A DNA stretch of 64,000 nt from Tubiluchus corallicola (lineage: Eukaryota; Animalia; Priapulida). Where the stretch lies: contig JAQGDQ010000312.1 in the NCBI GenBank assembly GCA_030141605.1, positions 207,445 to 271,444 of the forward strand, written 5' to 3'. The stretch's first letter is position 1. Each line of letters starts with the position of its first letter. The notes below the pieces were generated by a model, which worked only from the letters and a program-made list of their open reading frames with translations, made no database searches and was not told where the DNA came from. Positions 21,975 to 36,100 of the stretch are shown here, one piece after another. The translations under genes and the position numbers were made by a program.

Positions 21975-22660
21975 AGCCTGCAGTATAGAACATTAATACA
22001 CTAATTATGTATTTGACAGAAGCCAAATAGGTAATGAATAAGCAGACCTGTAGAAAAGAAATTGATACAGTAAATTATGCACTAATTATGTATTTAACAG
22101 AAGCCAAATAGGCAATGAATAAGCAGACCAGTAGAAAAGAAATTGATAAAGTAAATTATGCACTAATTATGTATTTAACAGAAGCCAAATAGGTAATGAA
22201 TAAACAGACCTGTAGAAAAGAAATTGATATAGTATATTATGCACTAATTATGTATTTGGCAGAAGCCAAATAGGTAATGATTAAGCAGACCTGTAGAAAA
22301 GAAAATAATACAGTAAATTATGCACTAATTATGTATTTAACAGAAGCCAAATAGGTAATGAATAAACAGACCTGTAGAAAAGAAATTAATATAGTATATT
22401 ATGCACTAATTATGTATTTGGCAGAAGCCAAATAGGTAATGATTAAGCAGACCTGTAGAAAAGAAATTAATACAGTAAATTACGCAGTAATTATGTATTT
22501 AACAGAAGCCATGTAGGTAATGAATAAGCAGACCAGTAGAAAAGAAATTGATACAGTAAATTATGCACTAATTATGTATTTAACAGAAGCCAAATAGGTA
22601 ATGAATAAACAGACCTGTAGAAAAGAAATTGATACAGTTAGTAATGCATTAATTAAGTAT
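21975..22660. repeat. 81-bp tandem satellite, ~8.5 copies
   Basis: cactaattatg (or close variants) recurs at 21999, 22080, 22161, 22242, 22323, 22404, 22485 and 22566. Confidence 0.95.
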
Positions 22661-22934
22661 TAGCCAATTAAGTACAAAAAGCCAACGGCAATAGCTGTCG
22701 AAACGTGTGACATGATTTTTTAACTATATATATATATATATATTAAAAGTTTCATATAAAGTTGTGGTGTTTTTAATTATAAATGTTTCAATTTTTTTTA
22801 TAATTATTGTATATTCATTCCACTGTTGATTTATATTACAAGTAATTAAAGAAATTCTAAAACAGCTAGCGGTAGACAGACCTGCATTTCGATGGCGCGA
22901 ATGGTGGAAAAATATTCTACATCATTATAACTAT

Positions 22935-23320
22935 GTACCGGGTGGCTCAAAAAATTGCGCCGAAGTTTAGACTGCAATAATTTTAGAAGAGAGTACTTTA
23001 GAAAGTTAAAAGAAGACAAGACTATTTTTCATATACTTCTCCATTTTCAAGTCCGATAAAAAGTATAAATTTTAACACCAGTAATACTGCAAAAGCGTTT
23101 CTGATTATTAGATAATAGAATAAAAACTTAATTAACGGCGGGCGAGCCCAACTATTGATGATATCACAAATTAACATAATTTTCAACAGCAAATATATTC
23201 CATGAGCGTGTTGCACGTGTTTGGGAAAGCGAAAATTGAAGTACAGTGCTACTGTAAGATATTCGGTGTGTTGTACTAAAACTAAAAAAGTCTGCAACAC
23301 CAATTTCGTAATTTTCAAGC
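22935..23320 (+). mobile_element. Fragment of a dispersed DNA-transposon-like family (also 25650-26420, 30140-30380, 31235-32078, inverted 41050-42370)
   Basis: Shared aacataattttcaacagc...cacgtgtttg.gaaagcgaaaattgaagtaca; begins with a Tc1/mariner-like TA-CCGGGTG end. Confidence 0.6.
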
Positions 23321-23866
23321 GATTCCGATTTTTTTCGTCTTACAACATCGTGATGAAAACTACGGCACGTTCTTTTTGTGCCACCGTGTATAAAAACTTG
23401 GCAAAAAACCTACCATGACTAAAATCGTGGTACAAGATGACGTCAGACAGGGACGTTTGATATACCCGTAATACATCGACAACAACGTCACCAACCGAAG
23501 ATTTCCCTGACAAGAACTTGACGTGAGCATAATCGTTCTCTAGCAAACAGTGCTTAGTTCGTACGTAGAATAACGGTATACCAAGTTTTGCAGTACGACT
23601 AGACATATACTGTAGAGTTGAACAGCTCACTGAGGCTAAGATGGCTACCGTCTCGTTTTTTGCGTAAAAACAAGCTGAAATAAAAGTAAAAAAATGGAAT
23701 TATCTGTTTTGAATTGTCAATAATTAGGGGGTTGATTTAATGCTTGCAAAAGCGTCTTCTGTTCAGCCGCATACACATGTTAATCATCTGAAGATCTTGT
23801 TAACTTAAATGGTTAATAACCTACATTCGTTCTACATTGATCAGGGCAACTCCCGAGAGCACGTGC

Positions 23867-24392
<526 letters not shown>

Positions 24393-24769
24393 GTCAACAT
24401 ATCAAGTTTTAGCAAACAGATTTCAGTGATTATTATTTAAAAACCGAAACAGATTCAAAAACTGATTTGATTGAAGAAAAAATATATTAAAAATTTGGAA
24501 CGAGTTAAGATTTGAACCCAGAGACTTGCTTGCACGTTGTAAAATGTCTAACAGACGCGAAAAGGCAGTAGGATTATCAATAAGATTCTCCCGGACACCC
24601 TATTTTTACAAAAAAATAGCCAGACTAATTGTTTAACGCCACTATTTGTTTAAAGGAAGGCAGGTTGATTTTTCATATTTTATTTTATTTTTTAGTACAG
24701 CAAAAATCATACATTTTAACACCTACATTAATGCCAAGTGTTTTTGGTAATAAAATAAATTTTAGGACT

Positions 24770-25640
24770 TATAGGTTTTACAGGTCAAATATAGACCTAC
24801 GTTAAGTCAAATGTAGATTTAGGTAATTCAAATGTGTCTTGGTAACTCAAATGTAGACTTAGGTAGTTCAAATGTGTTAACAATGGTTTTCTAGAAATCT
24901 TGAGCGTTTTTGGTAAGTCAAATGTAGACACATGTCAAGTCAAATGTGACATTGGTATCTCAAATGTGGATAGGTGGTAAAATTTAAGGATGTTAAATTT
25001 AATCTCCTTTAATCTTAATTTAATAATTGCTGTGAATATAATAACTTTATAGGTCTACTAATAGTTCACTAATATTCTGTAAACTTTACATACCATTGGA
25101 ACTGTTAGAGAAAACAATACATTCTTAAAATAAACAATGTTTCTTGAGAAAAACTAATTCATTAATGCAGTGGTAATGCATTACTTAAAAAACTAATTAG
25201 TGATTCACTGTTCATTGGGAAGTGGAAACCAATTTATTCTTTTCTACCGACATTATGGTTTATCAAAAAATTCAGTTTGAGGATAAGCAACGCATTTTTT
25301 GAAGTTATGAAAGAGGTGATGACTATCTTTGGTTTATCTTTTTGTAATTTGCACTTAGATCAGTTAATTACCGATTTATTCAAAATAATGCATCTACATT
25401 TGACTTACGTAAGCCACATTTGAGTTACCAAAACACATTTGAAATTCTTATGTCTACATTTGACTTACCTAAGCCACATTTGAGTTACCAAAACACATTT
25501 GAAATTCTTATGTCTACATTTGACTTACCTAAGTCACATTTGAGTTACCAAAACACATTTGAAATTCTTATGTCTACATTTGACTTCCCTAAGTCACATT
25601 TGAACTTTCCTGTGTCTACATTTGATGTGTAAAACCTATA
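24770..25640. mobile_element. MITE with TATAGGTTTTACA TIRs and inverted subterminal repeats; 60-bp tandem array at 25392-25625
   Basis: tataggttttaca...tgtaaaacctata; tcaaatgtagac repeats on the left, gtctacatttga on the right. Confidence 0.8.
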
Positions 25641-25649
25641 TAACGCCGC

Positions 25650-26420
25650 ATGAGCGCGCAAGTGATGACATCACAAATGAACATAATTTTCAACAGCGCA
25701 AACATTCCATGAGCATGTTGCACGTGTTTGCTAAAGCAAAAATTGAAAGTACCACTCTGCAATATTGACTATGATACAAAAAACAGGGCAAATTTATGTT
25801 TAAAGATAATTCTTACTTACTAGAAATTACAAGAACACATGATAATTTTTCGTATACTACCCGATTTTCATAAAAAGTTTACATTTTAACAATTAATACT
25901 ACAAAAGCGTTTCTGATAGTATAATTAAATAATAGATTAAAAACTTAATTAACGACTGACGAGCGCAACTATTGATGACATCACAAACTAACATAATTTT
26001 CAACAGCAAAAACATTCTACGAACGTGTTGTACGTGTTTGCGAAAGCGAAAATTGAAGTACACTGCTATTGCAAGATATTCAGTGTGTTGTACATAAAAA
26101 TAGGTAAGTTTTAAAATAAAAATTGAAATTTCAAATTTACTGCTGTGCTCACGTATGAGCTGTCGAACCCGTGCAGTTCATCACAAACTAACACATCTGA
26201 ACAGAGAGGCACAGAAATTGCTTTGTGTAATGCGTTTCCGAAATGCAGGCGCTGGTCCCCGTCTAACTAGCGAATGGTGAAATGCAATTAACAGCGAAGA
26301 ACTAGACACGCGAACGCGCAATTGCGTTTGTGTGGTAATAAATCTTTCGCGTTAGTCATTTTTAAAAAAAATACCATCTTTCCTTTCAATATTTTAAAAA
26401 TTAGATTGTTTTGACCTTCA
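25650..26420 (+). mobile_element. Dispersed repeat family fragment (inverted homologue at 41880-42370)
   Basis: gctcacgtatgagctgtcgaacccgtg matches the reverse complement of cacgggttcgacagctcatgcgtgagc at ~42032-42059. Confidence 0.75.
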
Positions 26421-26662
26421 GTTTGAGATTGGGTCCGGTTTTGCTTTAAACTTTCCTTCAAGTAAATCATTCTAAAAAACTTATTTTTTCTTTCAATATT
26501 TTATGCATTCGATTATTATAAGCTATTACAGTTTAAGATTGGATCGTTTTCCACTTTAAATGACTTGGATCTTTCTACGAATTGGATATAGTAAAGAACG
26601 AAAACGAAGACATCAGAACATGACAAATTGCATTTTGTTTGATGATATTTCTAAATACCAAT

Positions 26663-27067
26663 AATAAGCCTTTGCACGGTTCCAGCGATTGATGATGATC
26701 GTCATAGGTTAAGTGTACCGGACAACGCGTTTGTGTACACTTGACAACGCCTCGCAGCCCATGCTGTTGTAATAATAACAGTTTTAGCAGTTAACTAGAA
26801 CCTTACCTAGTTCATTTTTTCTTGCTCCCAAGCAAGATCCCACTAGTGAATTACTCTACGCACAAACTAATGCCCAATTGAGTAAAGTCCACGCAAATCA
26901 AATGAAGTTATTGAACTGATGTGACAAGCGGCTTTGCTTTACCCACAAGTCGTGTGACTGTTGTAGTTTTTGTGGTGCACACAAGCAAGACGCGTTACTG
27001 TGCTACATTTAACCTTTGACCTACAGCAACAACGCGTGCGCACAATGAAACCGTGAAAAGGCTTATT
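26663..27067 (+). mobile_element. MITE with 19-bp TIRs
   Basis: aataagcctttgcacggtt ... aaccgtgaaaaggcttatt (1 mismatch); related copies at 2067 and 37745; no clear TSD. Confidence 0.8.
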
Positions 27068-27082
27068 AAACCAGTAACTTAC

Positions 27083-27232
27083 CATTTTTTGCATTATTCT
27101 TCTCCCATAGCACCAGTTCCAGAGTAATATTAGCAGAGTACTCATTGGTCATTCCACTATTTAACTCATTTATTACATGATTTGTTACGCTTTGCAACGC
27201 CTTCTCTTCCGCCTTCTCTTCGAAAACAAACA
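27083..27232 (-). CDS. Exon of host receptor gene (start of the ectodomain fold)
   Basis: Acceptor ttttttcag|, donor AATG|GTAAGT, 150 nt, phase 1/1: VFVFEEKAEEKALQSVTNHVINELNSGMTNEYSANITLELV, resembling the 'GAIF...AF..AV..IN......TL' start of iGluR ATDs. Confidence 0.7.
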
Positions 27233-27276
27233 CTGAAAAATCGAACGTAGATAATTTGCAGAAAAATAGGCTCAGA

Positions 27277-27725
<449 letters not shown>

Positions 27726-27779
27726 AAATCTTTATTCAAAATTATACAAGAAGCCCTCTATTTGCGGGGCACAAAAGTA

Positions 27780-28190
27780 CAAAAATGTTAAATAAGTCTT
27801 TACATTATGTACATTAAATAAATTTCTTACTAAACAAGCTGACAATTTTGCATTACGATTTACTTATTCTAAATATATATCCAATATTTATAATCAATGT
27901 ATAATCAATTTACTGTAAGATCATTTTGGGTTAGCTCTTTTACAATATCTACATACATTTTAATTACATTAGTGTCTCTCTTTCTGTAAATGTTTCGAAT
28001 GTCATTATTTTCTAAGCTGCGTTCGAGATTCACTCTTATATCTTGTCTAACCAATGGTAACGGACAATGAAAAATTAAATGTTCTGGGGTTTGACTGACC
28101 AAACCGCAAACACACAGACCTGAATCAGTTATACCTATCCTGTATTTAAATGATTTGCAACCTCTTCCAAGTTCAGAATTAGAAGATAAG
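27780..28190 (-). mobile_element. Degenerate LINE 3' fragment
   Basis: Minus strand encodes GITDSGLCVCGLVSQTPEHLIFHCP, a non-LTR C-terminal zinc finger. Confidence 0.65.
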
Positions 28191-28359
28191 TTGCTAATGG
28201 TGGTTTAATTACATAATTAGCAGAGGAGTTAATTATAATTTGTGTAACAAAAGAGAATTATTTAAGTCAGGTGGACACAGCTTGAAGCAAATGAAACATG
28301 GGCATCCATGGGTTTGAAACAAGACAGACTCATGTAAAAGTCATTTTTTCTTGAAAAGA

Positions 28360-28650
28360 GCCCAGACCCTCGTGGATGTTTGGAGGGTTTCTATCATTAC
28401 AAGAACATTGGAAACAGCCCTGCCCCTTGTGGATGTTTGGAGGGCTTCTATCATTACAAGAACCTTGGACACAGCCCTGCCCCTCGTGGATGTTTGGAGG
28501 GTTTCTATCATTACAAGAACATTGGAAACAGCCCTGCCCCTTATGGATGTTTGGAGGGTTTCTATCATTACAAGAACCTTAGAAACAGCCCTGCCCCTCG
28601 GGGATGTTTGGAGGGTTTCTATCATTACAAGAACCTTGGAACAGCCCTGT
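28360..28650. repeat. 60-bp minisatellite, ~5 copies
   Basis: ggatgtttggagggtttctatcattacaagaac.ttggaaacagccctgcccct repeated at 60-bp spacing. Confidence 0.95.
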
Positions 28651-28954
28651 AAAGCTGATCATGTCATGAGCCGCTTGCAACAGGATAAAGTCTGCACGTT
28701 CATATTGTCTGGTGATGCAATCGATAAGGAACGAGCTGTGATCCCGAAGCTCCCTGGTGACTTTGATCATCTATTTATGCCCGAATTGGTAGAACTTGAC
28801 TGAATGCTCAATAAAGCAATGCGTACTCCAAATCCCGTTCGTGGAATTTGTCCACAATATTTTCCTGATTTTTGTGGACATGCTCTGATTTCTTGTGGAC
28901 ACACATGACCCCTGGTCCATAAATAATTTCCTTCGGTGTCCACAAAAATCCGAA

Positions 28955-29640
28955 TCCCCGTTATTTAATACTTACGGCATATTTGTGTACAACAGTGAAA
29001 CATGGGGTTTGAAGATTAATCAAGAAAAGCAGATTGTCATGTTTTATAGAAGTCTTCTAAGGAAAGTTTTAAAGAAAAGATGGCTATACATAATCAAAAA
29101 TGAAGATTTACACACTAGAAAGAAATTCCTAGGAATTCAAAAGTCAAGGTCCGAAGATTAAGATGGCTAGGACATCTTCTAAGTTTAGCAAATGAAGCAC
29201 CAGTAGGAATCGCCTTAAAGGAAGCCTTAAAATCTTGCAAAAACCACCAGGCAAACTAGAAATAACTTGAATAGCTAAGATAAATAAAAATCTTCATCAA
29301 ATCTACCTTCAGGAATAAAAGAACTTGCTGTTACCTACAGGTAGGAGTGGGTGGAATACTCTAAAAATGATAAAGCCTCAATATCAATTGTAATTGTAAT
29401 GGGATCTTGAAGGGTCCCATATGTTAGACCTGCAAAGTCCAATTCATCACTCTTGAATGTTATTGTATCATTTAATGATCACTTTCTGCTGGCACAAGTG
29501 TTTGTGGTGTATTACACAACAGTAGGCATTCACTGCAACTGTTTGTGGTTTGTTAGACAACAGCTAACATTCACTGTAACTATTTATGGTGTGCTAACTG
29601 CAATTCTTGAGCTATTAGTCGTTCTAAGTGATTTGATAAA
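28955..29640 (+). mobile_element. Degenerate RTE-like LINE 3' fragment
   Basis: IFVYNSETW...LLRKVL...IKNEDL and LRWLGH motifs; inverted paralogue at 30380-30842. Confidence 0.75.
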
Positions 29641-30379
29641 GGAAGACCGGACCCAATCGTAAACTGTAGCTATCCTAATAATAAAACAAAACGTGATAAA
29701 TGGGATATAATAAAATAATAAAAAGGAGACGGAAAGAGAGCAGATAAGAGAAACGGAAAATAATAATACCACACTTTCTAATCACACGTACTTCAAGGTA
29801 TGGGAATAGCTGAGCGGTCATAGTGCCACAGTTAAGCAACAGTGAACCTGGCAAGAAAACTCAATTCTGCCTGGCACGAATCACCTCTCTTAGGTAAGTT
29901 AAAGACATACATACATATCATGTCTGACCAAAACTAAAGCATTTCAACTAGTTTTGTATCTCATCCTAGATCATTATTCCTGCTAAAGAGCTAACTACGT
30001 TCCCGTCCCACCACAATCAAAAAAGAAATGTTTAAGTAGCCTTTACAGTACCATCTTGCATGTCTGTATAAAAAGGGTGTTGGAAATATAATCACGAATC
30101 GAATCAAATCAGAAATGGGCACACATTTGTTTTTTAAAGGAAAACTGCAAGATTTTTCATATCTTACATTTGAACTGACAGGTACAGCACCTGTTTTTGT
30201 GCAATGCATTTCTCAGATGTGGGCGCTAGTGCCCATCTAACTAGCAAATGGTGAAACAGCCGCGTGAAGGCGAAATTATGAAATTAGGTTTTGGTGGTAA
30301 TAATTCTTTCAAGTAAGCCATTCTTGAAAATTTTCAATATTTTATAGGGTCGAAGGGTCGATTGTTTTCAACTACAGTT

Positions 30380-30842
30380 TACGAGTGGTTCCTGTTTTCC
30401 TTTATCAAATGACTTAGATGGACTAATGGCTGAAGATTTGCTGTTAGTACACCATAAATACTTACGGTGAATGTAACTTGTTGTGTAACACGCCACAAAC
30501 AGTTATGGTTAATGTCAACTGCTGTGTAATGCACCACAAACACTTGCACCAACAGAAAGTGTTCTTTAAACGATACAATAACATTCAAAAATGATGAATT
30601 GCAACCCATTCTAAAGATCCCATTACATCTATTGTAGACATTGAGGCATTAACATTTTTTAGAGTATTCCACCCACTCCTATCTGCAGCTAACAGCTTAA
30701 GTTCTTCAACTCCAAAAGATAGATTTGTTTGAAGTTGTTGAACATCTTTATTTATCTTAGCTATCCAAGTTGCTTTTTGATTTCCCAGCTGGTGTTTTTG
30801 CAAGGTTTTAAGGCTTCCCTTAAAGCAATTTTTGCTGGTGTC
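30380..30842 (-). mobile_element. Inverted second copy of the RTE-like 3' fragment
   Basis: ggagtgggtggaatactctaaaaatg (29344) is present as the reverse complement at ~30653-30679. Confidence 0.7.
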
Positions 30843-31234
30843 TATAATGTCAAACTCACTTAATTAAAGGACAAGAAAAGAGGCACCTGAAGTTGGTTTC
30901 AGAAAAATCGCCTTAAAAAATTATACTACTTTACAGCAATTTTATGCACATATCGTATTCGCGTTGAAAGGATTTTTTGTTTGTTTTCATTTAAATCTCC
31001 TGCAATACTGTTCTGACCGTGCCATGACATGGCGTCACTACGCCACGTAAATTAAGGGGAATTAAAGGAAATGTTAAATTATGACCCGAAAAACTTTCCG
31101 TGCAAATCTATATTACTTAGCATTTCACTTACCTGCTGGAAAGACTTATGCAACTAGAAAAGATAATTTAAAATGTTCGTGTCAATTAGCAAAATGTCGC
31201 TGACTCATCCTCCAGGGTGCGCCACTCATAAGGC

Positions 31235-32078
31235 GAAAACTTATTTGTAAGGTGAAATTGCGTTTGTGTGGTAATAATTGACGTAAGTCAAATATTTTAA
31301 AAAGTAGATTGTTTTGACCTACATTTCAAAGTTGGGTCCTGTTTTGCTGTAAAGTTTTTGTATTGCAGCTATTATATGTAATCTTTCAGCATTTTCTCAT
31401 TAAAGGAAAACACAAGTCATTTTGCATGTGCGTTTTTTTTATTATCGCTTAAACCTAGGAAAACAGTCACTTGAAAATTATGACGTCACTGGTGGACCTC
31501 GTGACTTCTTGACTTTTCCTAACGCATCATTGCTTTCCGCATTCAAATTTCAGCAGCTTAGCTAGTGTTCATGCAAAAATATCACAAAACTAGCTATCTA
31601 TTCTTTTGCAAAACTTATACTTTTAACTGAAATTGACAGAAAGCTGATTTTCTTCAGTCGATGAATGACGTCATTGGTGGAAGAATGCGCGTTCAAAATA
31701 GGGGCGCCCAAGTGGAAATGATCGCGACTTTAAACTGATTTTACTAATTACACGATGCGCTTATCGCACTTTTATTACCAAATCTTTCTAACATTTTCCT
31801 CCAATGTTGAATAAGCCTAACTTCCCAGAAGTGTTACCCTTTCCTTTAATCAATACGCATAAAACGTTCTTAAAAAGCATGACTAAACCATCAGCAAGTG
31901 TAGAAGACGTCTTGTTTTGATAAATCTTCTCGACAGCTATTATATATAAGCTCTCGGTCTTTCTCTGTAAGTACCGCGACACATTAAACTCTGGTAGCCA
32001 TTAATGGCTTCGATTCCGCTACATGATAAAACAATTTAGCAAAGACTGGCTCTTTTCCACTCTTTATGATTCGACAGA
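31235..32078 (+). mobile_element. Dispersed repeat, high-identity inverted copy at 41050-41890
   Basis: Track ORFs 31788-31982(-) and 41148-41387(+) are near-identical; nucleotide match runs over ~800 bp. Confidence 0.85.
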
Positions 32079-32296
32079 ACTAGTGGCACGAATGTGTGAA
32101 TTGTGTTTATGGGGGTATTTTTCCTTTCAAAACTTTAAAGAGTAGATTGTTCTGACCTACAGTTTAAGATTGTGTCCGGTTTTGCCTTAAAGAAATGAAA
32201 AGGAAATTTTAATATACATCACATGAAACCTTCTATGCAAAGTTATATAACTTTGCATTGCCCTTATCTGCTAGAGTGACTTATGTAATTGAAAAG

Positions 32297-32365
<69 letters not shown>

Positions 32366-32482
32366 GTAATAGTAATAGTAATAGTAATAGTAATAGTAAT
32401 AGTAATAGTAATAGTAATAGTAATAGTAATAGTAATAGTAATAGTAATAGTAATAGTAATAGTAATAGTAATAGTAATAGTA

Positions 32483-32558
<76 letters not shown>

Positions 32559-32662
32559 TAATAATAATAATAATAACAATAACAATAACAATAACAATAA
32601 CAATAACAATAAAAATAACAATAACAATAACAATAACAATAATAATAATAATAATAATAATA
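32297..32662. repeat. (AAT)n/(AGTAAT)n/(AACAAT)n microsatellite
   Basis: Seen directly. Confidence 0.97.
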
Positions 32663-33239
32663 TTCGTGCTAACATACAAAGCGGCAATGTATCACTATCC
32701 CAGTGTGCATCACTGGTTCGCATAAAAACGCATTATTGATCTTAGTGACAATAAAAGTAATATGAAGTTTTGCTTAGTGAATGAAATGTGTGTTACGAAT
32801 GCTCTGATTTTTTTTAACTTCACGCAATGTTGTTTCAAAGACCCGCCATTAAAATGGCTGCCCCTAACGGTTATCATGGAAGTTTAAATTTACAACTTTT
32901 ATACAGTATTACTGCTAACGCAAGCTCTGCATGCAATAACACAGTACGTAAGTGATACAAAATTCCAAAACAAATGTGTAAACTTATGAAAAGTGTTATC
33001 TTGTGCTTTAAACTTAAACAATGTTGTTTATGCCACTCACAACACACAGTAAAATTGCTCTGAAACAAAAATTTAGTCAGAATGTCAGTAGGTACTCTTT
33101 GCCTAACCTTAGGGCAGTCCTTAAAAAGCTAACATACTCACCAACTCTAAAAGAAGATCCTGACAAACAAACAGCAGCGAGAGGGAGGACAGATAAGACG
33201 GAAAATAAAACCCATCTTGTCCTTGGTAACGTGACGTAA

Positions 33240-33790
33240 TCTGAACGCATTTCTACGCGCGTAGTTTAGACCTCCAAAATAAGCGGCGTGTCATTTTCCT
33301 GACTCCAAAACAAAACCTCTAAACGACAGCATCGTGCTCTGGACGTTTTCCACGAATCACCAACTCACACTTTACTCTCATCATCACGAGTACCACTGAT
33401 GCTGTTTTTGATCATTAAAAACATCAAAAACAATTGGAGACAGCGGAAGCATTTTATTCTTCCCACGTGGTTGCTTTTCCACGGCAATTATTTCGCAGAA
33501 TTGCACATTTTCATTTTCTCTGCACAGGTATCACGCTCCCGTATTGATTTCTACTCTCTCAGAAGACATAATTACACTCCTGGCAAAGATTCTGTAATGA
33601 AAACGCTGCGGCGCATGCGCACAGGTAAACGGGGCCCGAGCATAGATTGTTTTCCGTTGGCGGAATTAATAATTGCTATGCTTATATTGCAATTTTCGCA
33701 CCTTGTTGTTTACATTGTTTATTATCACGCGTTTGCGTTGTTTATTGTCAGTTGAATGGCACGGTTCTTGTGTTTCGCAATCTCGTGTAC
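33240..33790. promoter_or_regulatory. CpG-rich stretch with an NRF1-type palindrome, possible promoter
   Basis: GCGCATGCGC at ~33611-33620 and more CpG than the surroundings; no transcript evidence. Confidence 0.3.
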
Positions 33791-33915
33791 AGTGTAATTT
33801 ATTATTGTTTATTTTAGGTAATATGATTTATTTATTAGACCTCTTCCTCATACTAGTTCAGCTGTAATCAATGTATTATTGCAGTCGTAAATGTTGCTGT
33901 ATTGCAGGTGTAATA

Positions 33916-35343
33916 GATTGTCAATAGCACCACTTGTTTCACTGATTGTCAATAGCACCACTTGTTTAACAGATTGTCAATAGCACCACTTGTTTAACTG
34001 ATTGTCAATAGCACCACTTGTTTAACAGATTGTCAATAGCACCACTTGTTTAACTGATTGTCAATAGCACCACTTGTTTAACAGATTGTCAATAGCACCA
34101 CTTGTTTAACTGATTCTCAGTAGCACCACTTGTTTAACAGATTGTCAATAGCACAACTTGTTTAACTGATTGTCAATAGCACCACTTGTTTAACTGATTG
34201 TCAATAGCACCACTTGTTTAACTGATTGTCAATAGCACCACTTGTTTGACTGATTGTCAATAGCACCACTTGTTTGACTGATTGTCAATAGCACCACTTG
34301 TTTAACTGATTGTCAATAGCACCACTTGTTTAACAGATTGTCAATAGCACCACTTGTTTAACTGATTGTCAATAGCACCACTTGTTTAACTGATTGTCAA
34401 TAGCACCACTTGTTTAACTGATTGTCAATAGCACCACTTGTTTAACAGATTGTCAATAGCACCACTTGTTTAACTGATTGTCAATAGCACCACTTGTTTA
34501 ACTGATTGTCAATAGCACCACTTGTTTAACTTATTGTCAATAGCACCACTTGTTTAACTGATTGTCAATAGCACCACTTGTTTAACTGATTGTCTGTAGC
34601 ACCACTTGTTTAACTGATTGTCAATAGCACCACTTGTTTAACAGATTGTCAATAGCACCACTTGTTTAACTGATTGTCAATAGCACCACTTGTTTAACAG
34701 ATTGTCAATAGCACCACTTGTTTAACTGATTGTCAATAGCACCACTTGTTCAACTGATTCTCAGTAGCACCACTTGTTTAACAGATTGTCAATAGCACAA
34801 CTTGTTTAACTGATTGTCAATAGCACCACTTGTTTAACTGATTGTCAATAGCACCACTTGTTTAACTGATTCTCAGTAGCACCACTTGTTTAACAGATTG
34901 TCAATAGCACAACTTGTTTAACTGATTGTCAATAGCACCACTTGTTTAACTGATTGTCAATAGCACCACTTGTTTAACTGATTGTCAATAGCACCACTTG
35001 TTTAACTGATTGTCAATAGCACCACTTGTTTAACTGATTCTCAATAGCACCACTTGTTTAACTGATTCTCAATAGCACCACTTGTTTAACTGATTGTCAA
35101 TAGCACCACTTGTTTAACAGATTGTCAATAGCACCACTTGTTTAACAGATTGTCAATAGCACAACTTGTTTAACTGATTGTCAATAGCACCACTTGTTTA
35201 ACTGATTCTCAATAGCACCACTTGTTTAACAGATTGTCAATAGCATCACTTGTTTAACTGATTGTCAATAGCACCACTTGTTTAACTGATTGTCAGTAGC
35301 ACCACTTGTTTAACTGATTGTCAATAGCACCACTTGTTTAACT
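33916..35343. repeat. 28-bp tandem satellite, ~51 copies
   Basis: Unit gattgtcaatagcaccacttgtttaac(t/a), head to tail with no spacers. Confidence 0.97.
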
Positions 35344-35354
35344 CGCGATTCCTG

Positions 35355-36100
35355 CAAGCAAAAAGCAACAACAGCAATGGCATAGAAACAACAACTTTAA
35401 CAACAGCAACAGCAACAGCAACAGCAACAGTGACAGCAGTATTAATAGCAGCAGCAGATGCAGCAGCAATAGGACAGCAGCAGCGATAACAACAACAACA
35501 ACAACAACAACAACCAACAACAACAACGAAGACGAAAGTGCAAAAAACAACAACTTTAACGACAGCAACAGTGACAGCAGTATTAATAGCAGCAGCAGCA
35601 GTGATAACAACAATAACAACGAAAACAACAACGACAGCAACATTAATAGTAGCAACAGTAGCAGTAACAGCGGCATCCAGAGCAGCAACAGCAGCAACAG
35701 TAACAACAGCAACAACAACAGCAGCAAGAACAATCGTGGCAGCGATTGTACCACCACCACCACCAGCAGCAACAGTAACAGTAACAGTAACAGCTGCAGT
35801 AACAGCGAAACAACAACAACATCAGCAACAACAATGGCAGCAGCGACCGTACCACCACCACCAGCAGCTGCAGCAGTAGTAGCAGCAACAGCAACAGTAG
35901 CAGTAGCAGCAGCAGCAACAATGATGGCGGCAGCGGCCGTACCACCACCACCAGCAGCAGTAGCAGTAGCAGCAACAGCAACAGTAATAGTAGCAGCAGC
36001 AACAATTATGGCAGTAACGGTAGTATCAGTAACAGTAACAGCCCACCATCAGCAACAGCAGCATGCCAGCGACAACAACAACAACAACAATCCCACCATC
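35355..36100. repeat. CAG/CAA/CAC low-complexity trinucleotide tract
   Basis: Seen directly. Confidence 0.9.

Larger units (their letters stand above)
21871..22845. mobile_element. Putative non-autonomous Penelope-like element with inverted termini
   Basis: 21885-21913 (gttaaaaatcatgtcaaacgtttcgacag) is the reverse complement of 22695-22724 (ctgtcgaaacgtgtgacatgattttttaac); the left arm carries a hammerhead-like core. Confidence 0.55.

Noticed and set aside
28341-28803. Repeat-protein ORFs
   Set aside because: The 60-bp minisatellite is open in several frames on both strands, with no splice or domain support.
33916-35343. CRISPR-like array (28-bp repeats)
   Set aside because: Repeats are contiguous with no unique spacers, there are no cas genes, and the context is eukaryotic.
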